From the IMG/VR virus record IMGVR_UViG_3300009419_000013, positions 1-64,000 of that record: a DNA stretch of 64,000 bases; one strand, given 5' to 3'. The stretch comes from a virus. The position numbers and the translations under genes were made by a program. Positions within the stretch are counted from its first letter, which is position 1. Every line of letters starts with the position of its first letter. A model generated the notes under the pieces. The model worked only from the letters and a program-made list of their open reading frames with translations. It was not told where the DNA came from and did no database searches. Below, piece after piece: positions 37,714-46,430 of the stretch.

Positions 37714-40302
37714 ATGATAATATTATTACCAGCAGGAACTAGATATAAGATAGGGAATAATTTTCCTCTTATGACAATTCCATTAGATATGCCAAATGCA
37801 CAGAGTACCTCGTTCGAGGATTTTCAGTGGTGGGCATTATCTTCGGATTTTCAAAAATGGTTAAAAAAGAATCCTAGAAAATGGGTTGCTGAATCAAATG
37901 ATCTTGAAAAATACGAGGGATCGGTTTCTGAATATCTAAAGGAAAATTACAGTTTCTTAGATCCATTGAACGATGTTAATGAATCTGACGTGTTATCGTT
38001 TGAAGATTTTTCTAGAGAAAAGATGGTTTTTGAAGACGAGAAAGGTGATGCAGATAGCGCAGAGTATAAGGAAGCCATAAAATTTCATTTTGCATACAAT
38101 AGTTTAAAAAGTAAGGGTAAAATAGTTGATTCAATGACCGCATCGGATATCAAGAAAGGTGACGATAAAGCGGTTTTCCTATTATTGGAGGATCCTGCTA
38201 ATGGTGAAAACATGCTGGAAACAATGAAGGCCTATAGAATGACAGGCTATATCGATGTTGACGGTAAATCTAAGATAAGACTTATTGATGTTAGCGAGAT
38301 GCTACCTGGTGGACCAATAAAAGACGACGAGAAAGCTGAAGATGTTATAGGAAAGGTTGTACAGGATGCTGCAGTAATAGCTGCTGCTGGGGGTGTGGGA
38401 CTTGTTCTTTATAGTGCTTTAAAAGTTGCTGGTGGGGGATTAGCTGCTAGAGCTTTACTTAAAACAATTCAAGGATTTTCTCCCAATGCAGGGAAAGCAG
38501 CAGCTTCCGCTGCTCCTTCACTACTTGGTAAAATAAGAGCTGGCGGAGTTAAAGGCATTAAAAGTCTATGGGGAGGTGTTAAAGATATCGCTACATTAAA
38601 AAATACGAGGGCTTTGGCAACCAGGGGATTTAAAGGTGCTAAGGCAGCTTATACTTTAGGTAAAGTTGGAGTTGGTGGTGCTATTAAGGCTTTTGCTAAA
38701 GGAGTAACGAGAGGCGGTAGCAAACTAGGAAGTAGAGCAATACCTTTTGTTGGTGAGGTTCTTATGATTATAGATGCTGTTGGATCTACTTGGAATTGGT
38801 ATAGTGATAATCAAGCTCCTAGATATGGTGAAGTCGAATCTTTTGCAAAAAATGAAATGGATCCTTCTAAGTTGCCAATTGGCGTACCTATTACTGTATG
38901 TTGGTCACAACCAGCTAGTGGTGCTTTGGGTACAGGGATAAGCTTCCTATTCAGTAATGAAACTAGAACTACTGCGGAACTAATTAAGATAGGTGACAAG
39001 AATGGTGAATCAATATTTATAATGACTCAGATTAATTCTAAGGAGGTTCAGAAATCCCTTGCAAGCCACGATCTAACATTGATATCTTTGGATAACAGTA
39101 ACGTGGTTAATGATCAGGCAGAATCTAAAGATGGAGTACTTGCTCAAATAGGTACGGCTATCCAAAGAACTTTTGATAATGAGGATCTTGATTTTAAAAT
39201 ATCACATATAGATGGAATAAATGATATTGCCGCTATGTTTAATTTTCAGGGTATTTGTGACTGGAGCGAATTTGAAACCGCATATCAGTCAGCTGGTGAT
39301 CAATTGATAGTGGTAGATCCTAATGCTCCTGAAACCTATGAATTTTACTACAAGGACAATGAAGAGAATGTGGTAAATGTCTCTGGTAGAATAGTATCAA
39401 ATGATGAACTTAAGAATTCAAGTCCGGAAGAACTTCAAAATATATTCTATTCCGAGGAAATAGAAGGATCAGCAGAAAAGAAGAATGAGGAACACGATAA
39501 TTCTGATATTCTAGGTGAGCTAATTAATGAATCAACTATGATAACTAGTTTTAATGACTTCAGTAATAGACTATCAGGAATATATGAGAATAAGGACGTT
39601 GATTCTAAGAAGGAAAAAACAACTCTCGAATTAAGCCGTGAGCAATCCAGTACTGCAGCTGAGGTTGCTGTCTATGTTGTTACGGAGAGAGAATATGCAG
39701 ATCCCGAGCTTAGAAAATATAAGGTTGGTGTATTCAGAAACTTTATGATAAATGCAGACGATTATAAGGCTAAAGTTAATTCACCGATTGAGGTTGAGAC
39801 AAATACTGTTAATGAAGATATAGATGAGCCTAAAAGAGGAGTTTATGTATTTAAAAAAGAAGCAGATAAACCTAAACCTAAACCTAGCGAAGAAGAGGAA
39901 ATTAAAAGAAATACTCAGCCTTTGACTGATGAGGATCCTAAGAATGACGATCAGAAGGTGAAGGATGATTATTATATAACTGTTGATCCTAAGGACGTAG
40001 TTATAAAGGACAAAAAGAATTCGACCGTAATAAGGGATAACAGTTTTGCTGGTGGAATTAATCTGGTTGATACCTTCCTTACCGATAAGGATAAGGAGAT
40101 TATGAATATAGCAAATTGGAAAGCAGTAACATATGCCAAGGCATCACTAGATACAAGAGGTGACATAATAGAGGTTAAAGTAAAGAATAAATTTGCACCA
40201 TTCGGAGATAAGGTAAGAAAGTTTAAAGTATCTGATGGTGAAGCATTTGAAATAGCTAAAAAATTTGCTACTGAAGTTGAAAGTAGAATAAAATATCAAT
40301 AA
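37714..40302 (+). CDS. Large hypothetical virion (internal/ejected) protein with Gly/Ala-rich hydrophobic segments
   Basis: AAVIAAAGGVGLVLYSAL, AIPFVGEVLMII; internal VNESDVLSFEDF and INESTMITSFNDF motifs; upstream of the head genes. Confidence 0.5.
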   Translation: MIILLPAGTRYKIGNNFPLMTIPLDMPNAQSTSFEDFQWWALSSDFQKWLKKNPRKWVAESNDLEKYEGSVSEYLKENYSFLDPLNDVNESDVLSFEDFSREKMVFEDEKGDADSAEYKEAIKFHFAYNSLKSKGKIVDSMTASDIKKGDDKAVFLLLEDPANGENMLETMKAYRMTGYIDVDGKSKIRLIDVSEMLPGGPIKDDEKAEDVIGKVVQDAAVIAAAGGVGLVLYSALKVAGGGLAARALLKTIQGFSPNAGKAAASAAPSLLGKIRAGGVKGIKSLWGGVKDIATLKNTRALATRGFKGAKAAYTLGKVGVGGAIKAFAKGVTRGGSKLGSRAIPFVGEVLMIIDAVGSTWNWYSDNQAPRYGEVESFAKNEMDPSKLPIGVPITVCWSQPASGALGTGISFLFSNETRTTAELIKIGDKNGESIFIMTQINSKEVQKSLASHDLTLISLDNSNVVNDQAESKDGVLAQIGTAIQRTFDNEDLDFKISHIDGINDIAAMFNFQGICDWSEFETAYQSAGDQLIVVDPNAPETYEFYYKDNEENVVNVSGRIVSNDELKNSSPEELQNIFYSEEIEGSAEKKNEEHDNSDILGELINESTMITSFNDFSNRLSGIYENKDVDSKKEKTTLELSREQSSTAAEVAVYVVTEREYADPELRKYKVGVFRNFMINADDYKAKVNSPIEVETNTVNEDIDEPKRGVYVFKKEADKPKPKPSEEEEIKRNTQPLTDEDPKNDDQKVKDDYYITVDPKDVVIKDKKNSTVIRDNSFAGGINLVDTFLTDKDKEIMNIANWKAVTYAKASLDTRGDIIEVKVKNKFAPFGDKVRKFKVSDGEAFEIAKKFATEVESRIKYQ

Positions 40303-40336
40303 TTGGAAAAGTATTAAAATTATTTGATTTAGAATT

Positions 40337-40348
40337 GATATATAAATA
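40337..40348 (+). promoter_or_regulatory. Late promoter GATATATA overlapping the T4-type TATAAATA
   Basis: GATATATAAATA upstream of the protease/capsid operon. Confidence 0.75.
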
Positions 40349-40370
40349 ACATAAAAAACACAATTAAGAA

Positions 40371-42341
40371 ATGCCAACAACCCAAAAGCTTAATGAAGAT
40401 TTAGTTTTCATCCTTGAAAGACAGGAGAGAGTACTTGAATCTAAGAAGACAGATTCGGAGGATGATTATGTTCTGGAAGGTATAGCAGCTGTTTTCGGAA
40501 AAGAAAACAATAATAATAGAATATACGAGGAAAATGAATATTTGCCTCATTTAGACTATCTTAAAGACAAAATCGCACAGAAGAGACTGGTTGGCGAATT
40601 GGATCATCCTGAAAAATTCGACGTTTCTCTTAAGAATATTTCTCATATTATAGAGGATCTCGCATATGATAAGGATAAGAGAGAACTTAAAATAAAGGTT
40701 AGACTTCTTGATACACCAGCTGGTATTATAGCTAAGAAATTAGTTGATGCCGGAGTACCACTTTCAATATCATCAAGAGCAGCTGGTTCAGTTGGTAATG
40801 ATAAAAAGGTTCAGATCAAGAAAATATTTACTTATGATTTAGTTGCTGATCCTGGTTTTCAGGATGCACAATTGGAAAGAGTATATGAAAGTGCAGGATT
40901 TAGTTTCGAAGACGTTTATAAAATGAGAAACAATACAATTTTAAACGGATTAACTTGCGTTAATGAATCTTTCGGTCTTAAAAATGAATCTTCAATGAAG
41001 ATATATAAAGTTGAAAATAACGAAGAATTCAACAATCTCGTAACAAAAACAGAAAAAAATAAAGAAATCCTTATGGAGAATAAAGAATTTGTTACTGCTG
41101 ATGACCTAAATCAATATTCTATTTTCTTGAAGAAAGAAATGGATTCAATGAAATCGGCTATAGCAGAAATTAACGAAAAGAGAGACTCAATTCAAGAATC
41201 TGAAAAAACATCTAATGATGATGTTGTTACAGCATTGGAAGAAAGAGTAGCTAAATTGGAAAAATATTCTGAGTACTTAGCTGAAAACTTAGATAACGCA
41301 ATTAAGTATGGAGAATACGTTGCTGAAAATCTAGATCAAAACATAACATATTCTAAGTATTTAGCTGAGAATTTGGATAAAAACATTTCTTATTCTAAAT
41401 ATTTAGCTGAGAATGTTGATAAATCTATATCTTATTCTGAATATGTAGCGGAGAGTGTAGATAAGAATATAGAGTATTCTAAATATTTAGCTGAAAAGGT
41501 AGATCAAAATATTTCATATTCTGAATACTTAGCTGAAAATGTTGATAATAGTATTTCTTACAGCGAGCACTTAGCAGAAAACTTAAATAAAGGTATTGCT
41601 TATACTGAATACGTTGCAGAAAAATTAAACGATGGTATCGAATATGCCGAGTATTTAGGAGAAAATCTAAATAAAAATATTCAATATTCAGACTATTTAG
41701 CTGAAAATCTAAATAAAGGTTTAGATTATTCTGAGTATTTAGCTGAAAAAGTTAAAAGATCTATATCTTACAGTGAATATATAGCAGAAAGCTTAAATAA
41801 TTCTGATATGAAATCAGTAGGACAAGATTTAATGGAAAGTGCATCAGTATCAGCATCAGCAGGTTTAAACGAATCTGGATTTGCAGGTAATTATGACAAC
41901 CTTTCAGACAAAATTGATAGTTTGGTAGAATCAGTTAAAACACAAAAAACTGAATCAAATATAAACGAAGCTTCAAAATCATTTGAAGCGCCAGCCAACA
42001 CACAAAAGGCACAAGAATCAGCTCTTAATGAAAACGAGAGCACAACAAAAACAGGTCTTAAGTTTATTGACGAAATGCCTGAAGAATTTGCACAAGTTTG
42101 GGAATCACTTAATGAAGGACACAAGCAATCAATCGTTGCTCAAAGTAACTTCTATAGATTAGATTCTCCTTACCAAATCAAAAACTTCTGGTCAACAAGA
42201 CAACTTGGAACCAAAACAGTTGGAGTTCAAAAATTGAACGAGAGCGAAGAAACAGTGCCAAGTGCAACAACACAAGCTTATTCAAGCGATTACATGGCTT
42301 CGATAGCTGCTGCACTAGAGCAAAAATTTCCAAAAAGATAA
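40371..42341 (+). CDS. Prohead protease (gp21-like) fused to a scaffold (gp22-like) domain
   Basis: LEGI, NNNNRIY, GELDHPE, ISH, LDTPAG, ISSRAAGS, TYDLVADPGF; C-terminal coiled-coil repeats. Confidence 0.92.
   Translation: MPTTQKLNEDLVFILERQERVLESKKTDSEDDYVLEGIAAVFGKENNNNRIYEENEYLPHLDYLKDKIAQKRLVGELDHPEKFDVSLKNISHIIEDLAYDKDKRELKIKVRLLDTPAGIIAKKLVDAGVPLSISSRAAGSVGNDKKVQIKKIFTYDLVADPGFQDAQLERVYESAGFSFEDVYKMRNNTILNGLTCVNESFGLKNESSMKIYKVENNEEFNNLVTKTEKNKEILMENKEFVTADDLNQYSIFLKKEMDSMKSAIAEINEKRDSIQESEKTSNDDVVTALEERVAKLEKYSEYLAENLDNAIKYGEYVAENLDQNITYSKYLAENLDKNISYSKYLAENVDKSISYSEYVAESVDKNIEYSKYLAEKVDQNISYSEYLAENVDNSISYSEHLAENLNKGIAYTEYVAEKLNDGIEYAEYLGENLNKNIQYSDYLAENLNKGLDYSEYLAEKVKRSISYSEYIAESLNNSDMKSVGQDLMESASVSASAGLNESGFAGNYDNLSDKIDSLVESVKTQKTESNINEASKSFEAPANTQKAQESALNENESTTKTGLKFIDEMPEEFAQVWESLNEGHKQSIVAQSNFYRLDSPYQIKNFWSTRQLGTKTVGVQKLNESEETVPSATTQAYSSDYMASIAAALEQKFPKR
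41265..41810 (+). repeat. 13 degenerate 42-bp (14-aa) tandem repeats, YSEYLAENLDKNIS
   Basis: Counted directly in the translation. Confidence 0.92.
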
Positions 42342-42357
42342 AAAATAAAAACAAATC

Positions 42358-44049
42358 ATGAAATTGATCAACGAACAAGAAATCTATGATACATGGTCTC
42401 CGATTATCGAGAGCAAAGCTGGTATCACAGAAGAAGGAAAAAAAGGATGGTTGACTAAATATTGTCATTATCATTCATTAAACGAGTCTGCAGGTGCTTA
42501 TAACACTTTAGGAGTTGTTAACGGTATGGGTGCAGTTGCGCCACCAGCATACCCAGGTATGGCATCTTTCCAAGGTGGTAATGCTAACGCTGGTTTCTAT
42601 AACACAGGAAATCAAGGATCTGGAGATAAATTCCCATCATTATTGCCATTAGCTATTCAGGTAGCTGCTAAGACTGTAGGTTTTGATATCGTTCCTGTTA
42701 TCCCTATGTCAGGACCAACTGGTATCTTATCTTACTTAGATTACGTATATTCAGGTGGTAAAATTGCTGGTGCTACATCTGCTACTTCAGGAGATTCATT
42801 AGCTAAAGCTCCTACAATGATTAAATTCCCAGTTGCACAAGGATCTTCTGCAGGTCTTACTGGTGCTACTGCTGGAACATTCGCAGTAGGTACTGTTTAC
42901 ACAGTTACTAATGGAGGTGTATTAACACTTAAATTCGTAGGTTTATCAAGAATCGATGGTTTCCCAATCTTCGAAATCGAAAACATTACTGATGGTTACA
43001 ATGTTGCTGGTATTATTACAGCTTCAGGAAGTTTCAACGTTGCTACTTCTACAATGTTTACTGCAGGTTCTGCACAATTAGTTAAAGCTTTAGAAGATCA
43101 TATCCAAGGATTCTCTGGTGCTGGTTTCAACAACACCGCTGACTGGCAAGGTCCTTACGTAGATGGTACTAAAACTTACAACCCTATGTTAAGAGGAGTT
43201 GGTGAGTCTACTTACTACAACTCAATGGGTCTTTCTACTTTCACTAAATTCGTGGAGGCTGAAACTTTCCAAGTTGCTGCTTCAGTTACAACTGAGCAAA
43301 TCCAAGATCTTAACAAACAATTCGGTATCGACGTTATCTCAATGATCGAGAACGCATTGGTTAATGAGGTTTCTCAAGCAATTAACAAACACATCTTATC
43401 AAGAGCATTCGCTTTAGGTTGGTCTAACCATAACCAATTCTTCAATGTTGAAAACCAAAACCTTAACTTGAACTTAGTTCTTGGTGGTGGTGCTGGTACA
43501 ACTTTAGCTTATGTTAACAAATCAGATGCTACACAATCTATGCCTATCCCAGCTGGACCAGCTACAGGAGGTTACGAGAACTTATCAACTTTACAAAGAA
43601 GATTATTCTCAAGAATCCTTGCAGGTGCTAACGTGGTAGCTAATAGAGGTAGAAGAGGTCCTGCTAACTTCGTAGTAACGAATGCAGCAGTTGCAAGTGC
43701 ACTTCAAGATATTTCTCAATTCACTTTCGCTCCATTCTCTAATACACTTACTCAAAATAACGGTACTTTATACCCTGTAGGTTCTCTTGCTGGTATGACA
43801 GTTTACGTAGATCAGAATATGAACTATAGCGATACAAGAGTATTAATTGGTAGAAAAGGTGGTGATGATGAACCAGGATTAAAATTCATGCCTTACATGA
43901 TGGCAGAATCGATTCAGACTATCTCTGAAGGTACAATGTCACCTAAAATCGCGGTTAAATCTAGATACGCTTTAGTAGAAGCTGGTTTCTTACCTGAAAC
44001 TATGTACTTAACATTATTCGTTAACGTACCTGCTGGTGGTTTAGCATAA
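42358..44049 (+). CDS. Major capsid protein (T4 gp23-like)
   Basis: TWSPIIES, VPVIPMSGPTG, TEQIQDL, EVSQAINK, RRGPANF, GSLAG, FMPY, PKIAVKSRYAL; strongly biased codon usage. Confidence 0.95.
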   Translation: MKLINEQEIYDTWSPIIESKAGITEEGKKGWLTKYCHYHSLNESAGAYNTLGVVNGMGAVAPPAYPGMASFQGGNANAGFYNTGNQGSGDKFPSLLPLAIQVAAKTVGFDIVPVIPMSGPTGILSYLDYVYSGGKIAGATSATSGDSLAKAPTMIKFPVAQGSSAGLTGATAGTFAVGTVYTVTNGGVLTLKFVGLSRIDGFPIFEIENITDGYNVAGIITASGSFNVATSTMFTAGSAQLVKALEDHIQGFSGAGFNNTADWQGPYVDGTKTYNPMLRGVGESTYYNSMGLSTFTKFVEAETFQVAASVTTEQIQDLNKQFGIDVISMIENALVNEVSQAINKHILSRAFALGWSNHNQFFNVENQNLNLNLVLGGGAGTTLAYVNKSDATQSMPIPAGPATGGYENLSTLQRRLFSRILAGANVVANRGRRGPANFVVTNAAVASALQDISQFTFAPFSNTLTQNNGTLYPVGSLAGMTVYVDQNMNYSDTRVLIGRKGGDDEPGLKFMPYMMAESIQTISEGTMSPKIAVKSRYALVEAGFLPETMYLTLFVNVPAGGLA

Positions 44050-44069
44050 TCCTAACCAACTTAAATATT

Positions 44070-44100
44070 AAAACCCTAGGACTATCCTAGGGTTTTTTTT
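44070..44100 (+). terminator. Rho-independent terminator, followed by late promoter GATATATA at 44109-44116
   Basis: AAAACCCTAGGA-cta-TCCTAGGGTTTTTTTT. Confidence 0.9.
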
Positions 44101-44141
44101 ATTGTTGGGATATATAGATTATAAAAATTAAAGAATTCAAT

Positions 44142-45284
44142 ATGAAAAATCTACCTTCATTCGAGGAATATAAAAAATATGATCATTTTCTGGAAAGAAC
44201 TGAAATCGATTTAGTGACTGAACTTAGATCACTTGAAACTGCTGATCCTTATCATTCGGTTAATGAGGGACAAATTATGAATTCATTAAAAAATACTTTG
44301 TCCAAGTTCTTTTTAGGTTCAGCATCCAGGGTAAATATGTTGGATGAGGCTAGAAAGATAATACTTGAGCTTGAGCTTGATTTAATAGAAAAAAGGCACG
44401 AATTTGAATTAAGTGTGGATAAAATAAATTCTCAGATTGATGAATTAAGTAAAACTGAGGAGAATGATAAAGTTGTTGCACTTGGTAAGGAAAGGGAGGC
44501 TAAAGCTAAAGAAATGGAGGCTTACATAAAGGCTCAGAGGCTTAAAATTAAAAAATCTAAGGAAGTTGCTAATAAATTAGTTGACGGTAATGCCAGAAGA
44601 AGAGAATATCTTATGGCAGGATATTCTGAGGACGAAATTGCTATTGCTGAATTGGAATATAAATTAGCTAAGGAAAGATCGGAGGAATCATCGGTTCTTA
44701 AAGATTATGAAGATAAGATAAAAACTGCCAAAGCTGAATATGAAGAAAAAAGCTCGGATCTTAAATCAAAAATGGAGGATGTAGAGAAGGAAAAGGAGGA
44801 TGATGAATCCACCGGTAACTTAAAAGTCGATCCACGTGAGGAGAAGAAAAAGATTTCAAGTAGAAAGGGTAGGGATATCATACAGAGAAAAAATGAATTA
44901 GAGAAGGATATAGCTGATATCAGATCTTCTATTGAAAGAAAATTGAATAGGTTATCAGATAAAATAAGCAAAGCAAAAGCACCAATCAGTGCTAGATCTA
45001 TGAATCCATATAAGATGGATCTTTTAGAATTGGCATCCTCTCTTGATTCAAAAACAAATCTTCTGACGCTATTTAGAAATTTGGGTAAAACAGAGAATGA
45101 AATAACTAACAGTCTTAAGGGTGAGTCTGATTTTACTAAAATGGCAAATCAGATAAATCAAGTTATAATCGACGGTAATGATGCTAATTCTGGTACTAAG
45201 AAGATTATAAGCGAAGTATTTTCTGGAGGTAATACAGTTACTGTTGACATTATAAATTCAGCTAAGAAAAAACTAAATAAATAA
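44142..45284 (+). CDS. Coiled-coil putative internal head protein
   Basis: MKNLPSFEEY N-terminus, VNEG site; paralogous to the next gene. Confidence 0.55.
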   Translation: MKNLPSFEEYKKYDHFLERTEIDLVTELRSLETADPYHSVNEGQIMNSLKNTLSKFFLGSASRVNMLDEARKIILELELDLIEKRHEFELSVDKINSQIDELSKTEENDKVVALGKEREAKAKEMEAYIKAQRLKIKKSKEVANKLVDGNARRREYLMAGYSEDEIAIAELEYKLAKERSEESSVLKDYEDKIKTAKAEYEEKSSDLKSKMEDVEKEKEDDESTGNLKVDPREEKKKISSRKGRDIIQRKNELEKDIADIRSSIERKLNRLSDKISKAKAPISARSMNPYKMDLLELASSLDSKTNLLTLFRNLGKTENEITNSLKGESDFTKMANQINQVIIDGNDANSGTKKIISEVFSGGNTVTVDIINSAKKKLNK

Positions 45285-45290
45285 TAAATA

Positions 45291-46181
45291 ATGACTCTTA
45301 AATTTAAAGAATGGAATGAGCTGAATGAAGCTAATATCTTTGATAAAGTTAAAGATTGGTTTAGTGTTAATTTCGGAGGTGCTCTAAATAAGATGGAGAA
45401 TCTAATTACTGAATATAGATCTGCCGAGGAGGAGTATATCGACGAATGGGAAAAGGTTAACATAGAATTGGATAAACTGGATCTGCAAAAGGACCAAACA
45501 AAATCAGACCCTGCCGAATATAAGAAGATCGAGAGATATATTCAGAGAAATCAAGAATTGCTTTCTAATATGAAGAAAGCTCATGTTAAGAAGATAGATC
45601 ACATAATGGTCAAAGTAAAATCTCTAATAAATGATAATGCTAAACTTAGAACATATTGGGAGGTTAATAAAACCAGAGTTGATTCGGAGATAGCAGAGGA
45701 TATGTACAAGAGATCAAAGGATCTTGCCGACGAGACATTATCTAGGGATCTTTATAATAAATACAAGGATTCGGTACTAAGAGCAAAGAAAAAGGACGAA
45801 GAATTTAAGGAAAAATATGGTGATCTATTAAAAGGATCTTATAAGAAGACAACACCAGCTCAACAGAAATCTACTTCAAAATCAGGTATATCTGAAGCCA
45901 CATTAGATCTTTATATAACTATGTCGCTTAGCGAGTTTACCAAGGAGATAGAATCTCTGGATCCTAAGGAGAGAAAGGAATTGACAAATCTTCTAATAAA
46001 GAACCGAAATGAGCTATATGTTCAGATGGATATGGAAAGGGAAAATATAAACTCCTTGATATCTAAGGGCCAATTAACAAAGGAAGAGGCTTCTAAGGAA
46101 CTAAAAGACATCAGAGAGAAACACATGAATGATATAAGAGAATTAAGATCTAAAATAACAATATCCAGAAAGAATGCTTAA
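45291..46181 (+). CDS. Coiled-coil putative internal head protein
   Basis: MTLKFKEWNELNEA N-terminus. Confidence 0.55.
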   Translation: MTLKFKEWNELNEANIFDKVKDWFSVNFGGALNKMENLITEYRSAEEEYIDEWEKVNIELDKLDLQKDQTKSDPAEYKKIERYIQRNQELLSNMKKAHVKKIDHIMVKVKSLINDNAKLRTYWEVNKTRVDSEIAEDMYKRSKDLADETLSRDLYNKYKDSVLRAKKKDEEFKEKYGDLLKGSYKKTTPAQQKSTSKSGISEATLDLYITMSLSEFTKEIESLDPKERKELTNLLIKNRNELYVQMDMERENINSLISKGQLTKEEASKELKDIREKHMNDIRELRSKITISRKNA

Positions 46182-46428
46182 TTTCAAAGATTTTAAAATG
46201 AATGAGATCGAAGGGAAGGGTAGGGTTCAAGAAATTAAACTCGAAATAACAAAAAAATTCGATGATATAAAGGAAGCTAAAGCTTCTAAAAAGGAGGGTG
46301 ATGTTAATTCCGAAGTTACCAGTATAGATAAACAAGCATTAATATATGCTGAAATTTCTGGCCTCATGAAAGAATTATCTGCAGAGATTAAAAAATTACC
46401 AAAGGAGGAGTCCTCTAATATATACTAA
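46174..46428 (+). CDS. Small putative internal head protein
   Basis: MLNFKDFKMNE N-terminus. Confidence 0.55.
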   Translation: MLNFKDFKMNEIEGKGRVQEIKLEITKKFDDIKEAKASKKEGDVNSEVTSIDKQALIYAEISGLMKELSAEIKKLPKEESSNIY

Positions 46429-46430
46429 AT

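Noticed and set aside
41265-41810. Regular 42-bp periodicity, and the 69-bp array at 62172-62585, as possible CRISPR arrays
   Set aside because: In-frame coding repeats with synonymous variation and no unique spacers
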